Shown here in pieces: positions 26,892-38,660 of a DNA stretch of 64,000 nt. Source of the stretch: Vicugna vicugna (lineage: Eukaryota); assembly GCA_013265495.1 (NCBI GenBank), contig MU058824.1, positions 6,095,245 to 6,159,244 of the forward strand, in the 5' to 3' direction. The notes beneath the pieces were generated by a model. The model saw only the letters and a list, made by a program, of their open reading frames with translations. It was not told the origin of the DNA and did no database searches. Every line of letters starts with the position of its first letter. Within the stretch, counting starts at the first letter, position 1. The position numbers and the translations under genes are program-made.

Positions 26892-29530
26892 ATGGCAATA
26901 CACACTCATCTATCAATAATTGCTGTAAATGTCAATGGACTAAATAAATGCTCCATTCAAAAGACAGAGTTGTAGATTGGATAATAAAACAAGAACCTAC
27001 ATACAATATGCTGCAAACAAGAGGCCCAATTTAGGGAGAAGGACACGCATAGATTGAAAGTGAGAGGATGGAAAAAGATATTTCATGCAAATAGAAACTG
27101 ACAAGAAAGCAGGAGTAGCAATACTGATTTCAGACAAAATAAACTTTAAAACAAAGGCTATAAAGAAAGCTAAAGAAGGACACTATACAATGATTAAAGG
27201 AGCAATTCAAGATGAGGATATTACACTTGTTAACACATATGCACTCAATATAGGAGCACTTAAATACATAAAGCAAATACTAACACCCATAAAGGGAGAA
27301 ATTAATGGGAACACCATCATACTAGGAGTCTTTAACACTCCATTAACATCATTGGACAGATCCTCCAGACAGAAAATCAATACATCAATGAATAAACTAA
27401 ATGACAATTAGAATAGTTGGACTTGGTTGATATTTTTAGGATATTACATCCCCAAAAAACAGAGTATACATTCCTTTCAAGTGGGCATGGAACATTTTCT
27501 AGGATAATAATGTACTAGGGCACAAAGGAAGCCCCAGTAAATTGAAGAGGATAGAAATTATTTCAGGTATCTTTTTTTTTGACACAATGCCATGAAACTA
27601 GAAATCACCATAGAAAAACAAAGAAGAAAAAAAGGACAGCATGGAGATTAAACAACATGCTACTAAAAAAAACCAGGGGGTCAATAAAGAAATCAAAGAA
27701 GAAATTAAAAAATACTTTGAGACAAATGACAATGAAAACACAACCACACAAAATCTATGGGATGGAGCAAAAGCAGTCCTAAGAGGGAAGTTCATAGTAA
27801 TACAGGCTTTCCTCAAAAAAGAACAACCTCAAGTAAACAACCTAACCTATCACCTAAAAGAATCAGAAAAAGAAGAGCAAACAAAACCAAAAGTCAGCAA
27901 AAGAAGGAAATAATAAAGATCAGGGAGGAAATAAATAAAATAGAGATTAAAAAGTAGAAAAAATCAATCAAACCAAGAGCTGGTTTTTTGAAAGAGTAAA
28001 CAAAATTGACAAGACTCTGGCCAGGCTCACCAAGAAGAAAAGAGAAAGAGTACAAATAAACAANNNNNNNNNNNNNNNNNNNNNNNNNNNNNNNNAAATT
28101 ACAACCTACAAAAATACAAAATATCATAAGAGAATACTATGAACAACTATATGGAAACAAATTGGATAACCTAGAAGAAATGGACAAGTTTCTGGAAACT
28201 TTCAGTCCACCAAGACTGAATCAAGAAGACACAGACCACTTGAACAGACCAATCACTAGTAACAAAATAGAATCAGCAATTAAAAAAAACTTCCCTGCAA
28301 ACAAAAGTCCAGGACCAGATGGCATCACTGGGAAATTCTACCAAACATACAAAGAAGAACTCATACAGTTCCTTCTCAAACTCTTCCAAAGATTGAAAAG
28401 GAGGGAGTACTGCCAAACTCATTCTATGAAGCCCATGTTCTTGTATTGGAAGAATTAATATTGTTAAAATGACCATACTGTCCAAGGCAATCTACAGATT
28501 TAATGCAATCCCTATCAAATTACCCAGGACATTTTTCACAGAATTAGAACATTTTTCACAGAATTAGAACAAATAATCCTAAATTTTATATGGAATCACA
28601 AATGATCCAGAATTGCAAAAGCATTACTGAAGAAAAAGAATGAAGCTGGAGGAATAACCCTCTTAGACTTCAGACAATACTATAGAGCTACAGTAACCAA
28701 AACTGCATGGTACTAGTACAAAAACAGACATATGGATGAATGGAACAGAATAGAGAGCCCAGGAATAAGCCCACAGTATTAATCTTTGACAAAGGAGGCA
28801 AGAATCTTAGCAATGTTCTCCTAGGGCAGTCTACCCACGCATTAGAAATAAGAGCAAAAATTAACAAATGGGACCTAATTAAACTTATAAGCCTTTGCAC
28901 AGCAAAGGAAACCATAAGCCAAACAAAAAGGCAACTTATGGAATGAGAGAAAATATTTGCAAATGATGCAACTGAGAAAGATTTAACTTCCAGAATATAT
29001 AAATAGCTCATACAACTTAATAAGAAAAAAACAAACAACCCAATCCAAAAACTGATAGAAGACCTAAACAAACAATTCTCCAGTGAAGACATACAAATGG
29101 CCAATAGGCACATGAAAAAATGCTCAATATCACTAATTATCAGAGAAATGCAAATCAAAACTATAATGAGGCATCACCTCACACCAGTCAGAATGGCTAT
29201 CATTCAAAAGTGAGTGAACAATAAATGCTGGAGAGGGTGTGGAAAAAGGGGAACCCTCCTACACTGTCAGTGGGAATATAGTTTGCTGCAGCCATTATGG
29301 AAAAACAGTATGGAAATTCCTCAAAAAATTCAAAATAGAGCTACCATATGATCCAGCAATCCCACTTCTGGGTATATATCTAGAGGGAACTCTAACTCAA
29401 AAAGATACATGCACCCCAATGTTCAAAGCAGAACTATATACAATAACCAAGACATGGAAACAACCTAAATGTCTATCGACAGATGATTGGATAAAGAAGT
29501 TATGGTATATGTATACAGGGGAACACTATG
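26892..29530 (+). pseudogene. LINE-1 ORF2p (EN, partial RT, C-terminal region), frameshifted and internally deleted
   Basis: Fragments 'KKAGVAILISDK', 'FNTPLTSLDRSSRQKIN', '[16 protein letters not shown]', 'KSPGPDG', 'LPYDPAIPLLGIY'; the RT core between FYEA and PCS-like motifs is absent. Confidence 0.93.
28064..28095. other. Assembly gap (N run) within L1 ORF2
   Basis: N characters. Confidence 0.99.
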
Positions 29531-30746
29531 AACTCATCTACAAAACAGAAATAGACTCGCATAGTAAACAATCTTATGGTTACCAGGAAAAGAGGCATGG
29601 GAAGGGATAAATTTGGGAGTTTGAGATTTACAAATGTTAGCCACTATATACAAAAATAGATTTTAAAAAAGTTTCTTCTGTATAGCACAGGGAACTATGT
29701 TTAATAACTTGTAATAACCTTTAATGGAAAATTATGAAAACAAATGTATGTATGTATATGCATGACTGGCACATTGTGCTGTACACCAGAAATTGACACA
29801 TTTTACAATGACAGTACTTCAATCAAAAATAAATAAATAAATGAATAAAGAGACTTGCCATAGATTTCCAATTGCTATCTACTATTGGTTATTAAAAATG
29901 ATGTTTACTTTTGTCCAAGCTGGGGTTTTCCCCTGACTCAGATAATATACACAACAATGAATCTAGTATACTTAATCAGACATCCTCAACTTACATTTTC
30001 ATGAAAGTTGATCATTCTGATGGAGCTATTTCCCCATTATCATCTTTAATGTCCCATACAGAGGTCCTTAATATCAGTGATTAACTGGTGAATGTAAATT
30101 ACATGGGAACAGATTTAGGAACAGATTGTGAGGCACGTAATAAAAATCATTAAAATCTTCTGTAGTCAGAAATGAATTTTTTGGTGTATAAATCCAGTGC
30201 TTTGGGACTTTTGAATCAGGCTGAGAGGAGACAATTTGTCCTCATTCCAAAGAGATAGGGTGCTTCTTAGCAGTAATTGTGGGTTGTTGATGAAGCCTTG
30301 CAAGATACACTGTCAAGTGGAATGCTGCATCTTACAGGGCTTTCTTCCTTACTGGTGTGTGCCGGGAAATGCTTTTGCCTTTAACACATTTTCAGATGGG
30401 GAATTGATGACCTCATTCATGAAAGTATCTAGGACTCATAGAGCTGCCGCCAAATCTCAAAAGTGAGAGAATGAAAACAGAAGGTGGGGGTCTGGGGGAC
30501 AGACTGTGGGAAGCAGAGCTCCTGCTAGGTGTTTTTGAATGGCAATTCTCTTCTCATGAGATAGCAGAAATATAATAGGGTAATGCAACATGTGATCAGA
30601 AGTTGTAGAACAACAGTGTAAGGAATTAATGACAGAAGTTTTGACTCCACCACAGGAGGCTCATAACCTCAAAGAAACTGCTTTAAAGAAGTGAGTTAAG
30701 TATACTCCTCAACTCATTTTCCAATGTTAAAAAGTTTACAGAGAGG

Positions 30747-31170
30747 TGTATTGGTTATCTCTTGTCATAATAATACTGTGTTCCAAATGTGCCAAAGATA
30801 CTTGACTTAAGATACTACCTTATTACTTGTTCTGAGTCTACAGATTGACTGGGTGATTCTGCTGACCTGAGTCAGGCTTGGGTGGTCTTGGCCAGGCTCA
30901 GTATGGGCTGGGAGCTGGCTTGTCTAGGTGGCCTTAGCTGAGATGACTGGCTCTTTAATAAATTCAGAAGACTAGCTCAGGCACGTTCTCTAGAGAACAG
31001 GTGGAAATCTCAAGTGTTTTTCAAGCCTCTGCTTGAGTCACATTTGCCAAAGCAAATCACTACTCAGAGTAAATCACATGATCAAGTCCACTGTCAGAGT
31101 GAGAAGGAGCTATAAAATCACAGGACAAAGAGTAGGGACACATTAATTGGGGCCCTTAGTGCGCTCAATG
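30747..31170 (-). mobile_element. Old MaLR LTR (MLT1H/I-like)
   Basis: 'tgtattggttatct...ctgggtgattctgctg...tctaggtggccttagctgagatgactgg...ttttcaagcctctgcttg...gccaaagcaaatcac'. Confidence 0.7.
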
Positions 31171-32734
31171 GACAAAGGATCTTTTAGGGACTAATTCTAA
31201 ACAAAATCTTTAACAATGGTTAAGTTATGACTCCCTGCGACTATCCTCTAGGTAAAAATATGCCTTCATTATACCACACATCAGTTAAACAAATGGGAAT
31301 GGCACAATTGGGGTTATTTAATCTTATCTTTATAGATGTGTCCTCATTAATTTGCCAAGTTTATTACATATCAGGAAGGATACAGAGCTGAGAAGAATGT
31401 GGGTAATAAGTAACTTAGTCTGCCAGTGATATGCACTGCTAAATGCTAAAAATATGCATTTCTGAAGGTTACAATGTCCAAAATCACCAACCAAGTCAGG
31501 AAAACTGAAGCCAGAGGCTGGCGTAGCAAAATTTCCCAGGCTATTTGTGATTACAAATTAGACTATTAAATGAATAGCTTACTATAATGATATAAAAGTG
31601 GCAAAGTTAACGTCTCCCTAAGGACTTCCAGCTCCACAGTTCCTGACTCTTGTGGGTTTAAATTTGTAACTTGTCACTGTACTCTAGCAGCTTTTGCATT
31701 TAATTATTTTTGGGGAGAAAGTAAGAGGGAGGGACAGAAGAGACAGTAAGAGAGTGGGGGAGGAAGGGAGGAAAAAAGAAAGGGGAGAACAGAAAGAGAA
31801 GGGGGGAATAACTGAGCATATCACTCCTCAAAGCTCACTATATTACAGTTAATGTTGCCTATTTCATTCTCTATTTGCAACTCCCTACAGGGAGCAAGTA
31901 GGATCAGCCTCCTTTCTGCTTCTTTAGCTTTCCAACAGAAAGGGCAGGTAGAGAATGTTATCAGGCTCTGGACTGATATACCAAGAGGAATTTTCACCCC
32001 CTAAAATAGTTAACCATATCTTGCTGTCAGTCAAGTCCAGATGTAAACTATTCTACATTGTAACACCTGGGGCTCACATGGCATTCTGCATAGCAATTCT
32101 AAAATATGATACATTCTTGAACAGAGGCTTTCAAATTTTCCCTCTCCCCCTTTCTTCTCCTCCCTGGCCAAAGGATCAAGACCAAAGCCTGGAAAACAGC
32201 TGTCTGAGACATTCTCTTACTCCGAGAATTATTCATTGTCCTCTAGGAGCAACAGTGGGATCCCACAGTGAAAAATGTGAACAACATTGCTTCCTAATTG
32301 AGCTTTCTTTCTGGGATCCCAACTTTCCTCAATCTCTTGTAATGCCAAGAACTGAAGATATTTGAAGTAATTTTTTAGAACATAGGAAAAAAAATATGGA
32401 AACTGACTTTAACTTAAAAGTTCCATCCCACTCAGAACTTTTGGCATAAACTGGACAATTTTCTACTCCAGAGGTTAGAGACGCGACTAAACACAGACCC
32501 TGCTTTGAGCATCTCACTGTCAAGTGACAATTCCGAGTTTTAAACTGGCAACTACATTATCACTGCAGGTGTTTAGCAGTGGAAAGAGAGCAACTAGCCC
32601 TGAGGAGAATAAAAGATCAAGGAGGATCCACCAGCCCTGCAGAATCCTGGCTGAAGATACTGAGTGGTGGAAAAAGCACCTTCCCTGCATGTGATGGCCA
32701 GCCCGGTGTGTAACTTTGGTGAACCAAATACACA

Positions 32735-32910
32735 ATGTGGGGCAAGTTACTTCATATCTCTAATCTTAATTTCCTAGTAGATAAAATGGAAATAATGTGA
32801 GATACAACCTCATGGGGTTTTGTGAGGACTAAATGAGTTGATCTATATAAAGTGCCTGGTACAGTAACTGTAACATAGTGATCATTTAATAAACATAGGT
32901 ATCATTATTG
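32735..32910 (+). mobile_element. MIR SINE
   Basis: 'ggcaagttacttc...tttcct...taaaatggaaataat...acctcatggggttttgtgaggactaaatgag'. Confidence 0.8.
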
Positions 32911-32924
32911 ATTGTCATTGCTAA

Positions 32925-33080
32925 AATGTGTTAGTGTTTAGTACCACCAGGTAGTACCCTAGCTTGTTGTAAGCAGTATCTTATGACCCTTGGTGTGCAT
33001 ACTATTATTATCCCCATTTAGCAGATGAGGATACCAAAGCATATAGGAGTTAGTACGACTTGAACCTCAGTCTTCCTTCA
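32925..33080 (-). mobile_element. MIR SINE, tail-to-tail with the preceding copy
   Basis: 'actattattatccccatttagcagatgaggatacc...ttgaacctcagtct'. Confidence 0.7.
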
Positions 33081-33634
33081 ACTCCTTCACCCTGTACTTT
33101 GGTACTGTGATTAAATGGTTCTGTAACTGCTATTACTTTAACCATAAGTCTCTCTTTCCAGTCCATGATACCTTACAGTCAGCAAGTTGAAAACTGTGAG
33201 ACTGGAAGAGGAGGGTCTATACAATGAAGCAGTATGAAGTACCAATTAACAACTTGGTACCAAGGAAAAATATATGAAGTCATGCAAGAGAATTTGAAAT
33301 GATAGCAGTCTGGAACCATTTAGCATAGGGGCAAATAAAATGCATAATTCAATGGCACTTAAAGTTAATACTATGTAAGAAGACAGTGCAATAGGGAATC
33401 ATATATTAATGATCCTAAAACAGCAAGATAAAGTCAAATTATGTTCAAATTTCTGCTTAAGAAGTAAGGGAAGTGTGAAATGTTTTAAATAAAAATTCCT
33501 ATCAAAAATAGGGATATTTCTAAAATTTATGGTAATTAAAAGAATAAACTCCACTTATAGGAAAATAAATCTTATTTTTAGATAGTAATACACAGAGTAA
33601 CGATCAAATTATAGGTTTGCAATGTCTTTAAAAA

Positions 33635-33740
33635 TCCTTTAGCCTCATTCCTATATTTTGAGGGAAGGAAACAAAGACTCAGAAAGGTTAAGTGCCTTGA
33701 ACAAAGTCACACAATTAGTTAGTAACAGAGCTGGGAATTG
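33635..33740 (-). mobile_element. MIR core fragment
   Basis: 'ggaaacaaagactcagaaaggttaagtgccttgaacaaagtcacacaattagttagtaacagagctggga'. Confidence 0.75.
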
Positions 33741-35302
33741 AGTTTTGAGTTGAGAATGGAAAGATGGCAGGTTCCATGGATTTGGGTGTGAGAGAAAAGT
33801 GAAGAATCAATTATGACCCCATTTTTCTTGAATAAAGGATCAAATTATCAAATAAACAGTGATGCAACACTGGCAAAAGTATCAGTATCTGGCTTTGTGT
33901 TAACACAGCAACTTTCAAAGCTTTCAAGGCTTTTGCATTCCCTCTTACTTTTTAGAGTTCATCCATTTATTATCTCTAATAATAAAGTCAATGCAATCTC
34001 AGAGAAGCTTATTGCTTACATATACATGAGAAGCAGACAAAATCCCCTTCTTTGCACCATCAATCACAGCAAACTAGCTCTTTCCACCACCCTCAACTCT
34101 TCAGAGAGATTCAAACCATAAGACAATCAAATGAACAGATGAGCCTCTCAATCAGTATCAGTATCTTAACCGCCACAGACACAACCAGCCATGGTGATGC
34201 ATTATACATTTTTCATGTTGTGTGTCTGCCTGGTATGTTAGAACTCAGTTCAGATTTCTTCTGCACTTAAACTGCTGTCATCCTAGTAATGTTATTCATT
34301 GTTAGCAATGACTCCCTGTGCCATATCACAAACACAGGATATGATGCATACAGTTCCAGGAAGGAATTGACAGGATAATATCTTCCTGTATCACGTGAGC
34401 AATTACCCACTTTCCCTTTATTTCTTTTTGTTTCTTTCCCCATGATACACAATGTGTACAGTTAACATACAGTTGTGCTGAGTTATGGCACTTTAGAAAT
34501 TTTCATCTTATGAATGCTAAGTGCTGATGCTAAACCTTGCAAACTAAGTTCTGCTATATCAAAGTGAGATGAGACAGAGAAAGCATTATCTTTCTTTAGG
34601 TATTATATTATAGTACATTATATTATCACATATATTATTTTATATAACATTTTTCAATAGATAATATAATTACATTAATTAATAAATAAAAAACAAGCCA
34701 TGAAACTTCTCATCTTGGAAGAGTCAGAAAACCACTAAGAAGATTGATACAGTCTCAACCAGGAGCTTCTCTGACAGAGGGGAACCACACTCTTCTACCT
34801 ACCTCTCCAATAATTTTTCAGCCACATGTAATATGACTTTCACTCCTTTAGAATTATTGAGAAGCAGACTTTTATTCTCTTCACCTCTAGCTATGAAGTT
34901 GAATGATTCATGTAATTAGTGAGATAGCACAAATGTGATGTCTACTGGCACATATGTATCAATCGGGCAGAGTTAAAAATTAAGATTTGCATATGCCTAT
35001 GACCTCCTGTTTCTGCATTCTCTATGCTTGATATGAAGTCTCAGTGTGGTCTGATCTGTTCTTTCCCACACATACTGTTCTAGGAATCCAGACTTAGGGT
35101 GGGATAGAAGTATCAGGAAGCCCATTTTGGCCTCAGGTTCAGTTAAGAAGGCTGCTACTTTGGGATATTAACTGTTATCCTGAATACCTAATAGCAGGGT
35201 CAGGTAATAAATGATGGCACCTCAGTAAAGCAAGAGAAGGCACAGTCACATAGAGATAAGGCTACCAGGAACACTACAGCAAAGATTTGAGTTGATCTAT
35301 TC

Positions 35303-35487
35303 TAGTCGTTCTCAGACTTTAGTAAACGTAAGAATTGCTTGGGGAGCTTGTCACATGCAGATTCCTAGGCCCCACCCTAAGAGTTTCTGATTCAGTAGGT
35401 AGGAGATGAGGCCCAGGAATTTGCTCCAGTAAGCTCCTAGCTGTTGCTGATTCAGCCAGCCCTCAAACCACACTTTGAGCAGCATTG
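35303..35487. mobile_element. MER5A-like hAT-Charlie MITE
   Basis: 'ttctcagacttt...atgcagattcctaggccccaccc...tctgattcagtaggt...ggcccaggaatttgc...ccacactttgagcagcattg'. Confidence 0.85.
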
Positions 35488-35664
35488 ATCTATGCAATCC
35501 TAGATACCTAATTAGCAGGAAAAATTAATCTCAAGGAAGAGAATTTTTCCATTTCCTAAGAGACAGGTATCAGGTGCAGAAAATTTCTTCCTGAGACCAA
35601 CCAGTGCAAATGTGTCAGAGAGGCAATAGTGTAGCTTCATTATTCCAAAAGAAAGATAATACCA

Positions 35665-36170
35665 AGCAGATTGTATCAGTGGTCCAATTCTTCAGCCCTC
35701 CTGATATCCACCTTCTTTATACAATTTTATTTTTCAGTTCTTTCTATACTAGAGAGGCAAAGTATATTTCCTTACCCTTTGGTTTTGGGTTTGACCATGT
35801 AACTTGCTTTGGCCAACGAAATGTTAGCAGGTGTGTTGTGACCAAATGCTTAAAAAGCCCTTGCCTGGCTGGCCTTCTTGCTTGTGCCTCTTGTTACGTG
35901 CCCCTGCTAGCTGTCTGGCTCCAGCAAAAGGGTGGGAGACTTTGGGAGCAAGGTCTAACTGCCCAGCTGAGCCCAGCTTACATTAGCCAATTGACCCCCA
36001 GACATCTGAATGAGTTTAGCCAAGAGCCACCGAGCTACCCTGCTAGTAAGATCAGCTTCTTTCAGTCAACCCTCAATTGACACAGGTCTGTAAGAATAAA
36101 TACTTGGTGTATTAGACACAGTTTGACATGTTTTCATACGCCATATTTTGTGACAAAGGCAAACTGATGA
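35665..36170 (+). mobile_element. Old MaLR LTR (MLT1I/J-like)
   Basis: 'ttgaccatgtaacttgctttggccaacgaaatgttagcag...cccagctgagcccagc...aagaataaatactt...aactgat'. Confidence 0.7.
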
Positions 36171-36965
36171 AGTATCCATAAGGTTGCCTTTGGTATCTAG
36201 GACTTGGAGAATAGCAAAGGCATCTACAGCCACACAGAAGTGAAATCTAATCAGACCTGTGAGGTTGATAAGCACCATTTTTTGAAGTCACACATCAGGA
36301 GACTTTAGGAATTAATAATAAATCTTTGGGAAGTCTTAGACCCAGTTCTATGATTTTTAGATTGAAAAACTGAGACTCAGAGGAAATAAGTGTCCTCTCT
36401 AGGGTAGCAGAGTATCAATAACAGGTGGGAACCAGGTTTCCAACTCTAAGACCTGAGCTTCATTTTCAGATTTTATGGATTTTCCTTTTGAAAGAAAATT
36501 TAAACCTTAAAAAAAAAAATGCCAAGATAGCCATCCAGCACTATGTTTCCTACCTTCCTTCATTCCTTCAAGATGAAAAGGTCACTAGTAACTAGGATTA
36601 GCAAGAGCTAAAGCCCATATTTTTAGGACACTTATTATACCTACAGCTGATAGTAACTGTGACCAACAAGAATGAAAATAACAATAATGCTCTGCAAGGA
36701 AAACAAATAAATTATACCATTAGGTGAGCAGTATTTGCTTATCAGGGATATAAGTATATGCAATATGTTTTAATTTCTTCCTTATTTACACTATCATTCC
36801 AAAAATATTTAAAATAAGCTATGTTATTTTTATAAGAATAAGTTTTTTAAAAATGGGGGGTTTATTTCTTTGCTTTTGTTTTCCTTGAGGAGTATGGAAA
36901 AGGTGGTTCCAGTTCTTTAAGGCTGCTGACCTATGGCTCATTTTCACTTCATTAAGAAGCAGGCA

Positions 36966-38227
36966 CCAAAACAGACATATAGACCAATGGAACAGAATAG
37001 AGAGCCCAGAAATGAACCCACAAACTTTTGGTCAACTCATCTTCGACAAAGGAGGCAAGAATATACAATGGAATAAAGACAGTCTCTTCAGCAAATGGTG
37101 TTGGGAAAACTGGACAGCAGCATGTAAAACAATGAAGCTAGAACACACCCTTACACCATATACAAAAATCAACTCAAAATGGATTAAAGACTTAAACATA
37201 AGACAAGATACAATAAACCTCCTAGAGGAAAACATAGGCAAAACATTATCTGACATACATTTCAAAAATTTTCTCCTAGAAGAAATAAAAGCAAGAATAA
37301 ACAAATGGGACCTAATGAAACTTACAAGCTTCTGCANNNNNNNNNNNNNNNNNNNNNNNNNNNNNNNNNNNNNNNNNNNNNNNNNNNNNNNNNNNNNNNN
37401 NNNNNNNNNNNNNNNNNNNNNNNNNNNNNNNNNNNNNNNNNNNNNNNNNNNNNNNNNNNNNNNNNNNNNNNNNNNNNNNNNNNNNNNNNNNNNNNNNNNN
37501 NNNNNNNNNNNNNNNNNNNNNNNNNNNNNNNNNNNNNNNNNNNNNNNNNNNNNNNNNNNNNNNNNNNNNNNNNNNNNNNNNNNNNNNNNNNNNNNNNNNN
37601 NNNNNNNNNNNNNNNNNNNNNNNNNNNNNNNNNNNNNNNNNNNNNNNNNNNNNNNNNNNNNNNNNNNNNNNNNNNNNNNNNNNNNNNNNNNNNNNNNNNN
37701 NNNNNNNNNNNNNNNNNNNNNNNNNNNNNNNNNNNNNNNNNNNNNNNNNNNNNNNNNNNNNNNNNNNNNNNNNNNNNNNNNNNNNNNNNNNNNNNNNNNN
37801 NNNNNNNNNNNNNNNNNNNNNNNNNNNNNNNNNNNNNNNNNNNNNNNNNNNNNNNNNNNNNNNNNNNNNNNNNNNNNNNNNNNNNNNNNNNNNNNNNNNN
37901 NNNNNNNNNNNNNNNNNNNNNNNNNNNNNNNNNNNNNNNNNNNNNNNNNNNNNNNNNNNNNNNNNNNNNNNNNNNNNNNNNNNNNNNNNNNNNNNNNNNN
38001 NNNNNNNNNNNNNNNNNNNNNNNNNNNNNNNNNNNNNNNNNNNNNNNNNNNNNNNNNNNNNNNNNNNNNNNNNNNNNNNNNNNNNNNNNNNNNNNNNNNN
38101 NNNNNNNNNNNNNNNNNNNNNNNNNNNNNNNNNNNNNNNNNNNNNNNNNNNNNNNNNNNNNNNNNNNNNNNNNNNNNNNNNNNNNNNNNNNNNNNNNNNN
38201 NNNNNNNNNNNNNNAAAAAAAAAAAAA
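36966..38227 (+). mobile_element. Young 5'-truncated LINE-1 spanning an assembly gap, 12-bp TSD
   Basis: Open ORF2 fragment ([27 protein letters not shown]...); poly-A follows the gap; AAGAAGCAGGCA at 36954-36965 and 38228-38239, with a TT/AAGA site. Confidence 0.93.
37337..38214. other. Assembly gap (about 880 N)
   Basis: N characters. Confidence 0.99.
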
Positions 38228-38439
38228 AAGAAGCAGGCAAATGCAGCCCTCCCAGCAGGTCCTGATTCACACAGGACCTTCTTGGCCATAAATTAACTAA
38301 CACTCTTTAGAGAAACTGATCTCCAGACATTAATGTGATCAAGATTATAAAAATGTCTCTACTACCAATTGATGCTAGTATAGTAGAAAGATCATGAATC
38401 AGAAGGCCTGGTGCCTCTACTCAAAAATAAAATAATAAT

Positions 38440-38660
38440 CAGAGCTATCATTTTTAAGAATTTACTCCATGGATGGTATTGTGCAAAGCATTTTTCGTAC
38501 ATTATATAAAAATACTGCTTTGCCCCCTCCTCACACACATTACATTAAAATATTCTTTTGAGTATTAAGATCGCCCTTGAATAAAAGCAGAAACTGAGAT
38601 AAAGTAGTTTGCCCAAGATTACACAAAGAATAAATGGCAGAGTCAGGATTCAAAAACAGT
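38440..38660 (-). mobile_element. MIR SINE
   Basis: 'agaaactgagataaagtagtttgcccaagattacacaaagaataaatggcagagtcaggattcaaa'. Confidence 0.7.

Larger units (their letters stand above)
22220..29846 (+). mobile_element. 5'-complete, inactivated LINE-1 (host of a nested L1)
   Basis: GC-rich 5' UTR with 'caagatggcggagtag', ORF1 and ORF2 remnants, 3' UTR and A-rich tail. Degenerate TSD: AGAGACTTATCA (22208-22219) and AGAGACTTGCCA (29849-29860). Confidence 0.95.

Noticed and set aside
28688..29158. 156-aa minus-strand ORF (and 23741-24097 on plus)
   Set aside because: Antisense frames of L1 ORF2, a common source of spurious hydrophobic ORFs.
32735..33080. Tail-to-tail MIR pair as a possible hairpin or miRNA precursor
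   Set aside because: The copies are too diverged for a stable stem, and such pairs are common.
35604..36080. 158-aa ORF
   Set aside because: Lies largely within an old MaLR LTR, has a non-ATG start and resembles no protein family I know.
37012..38303. Four long ORFs (325-423 aa) in the ORF track
   Set aside because: Artefacts of translating through the N gap; only the L1 ORF2 part before 37337 is real.
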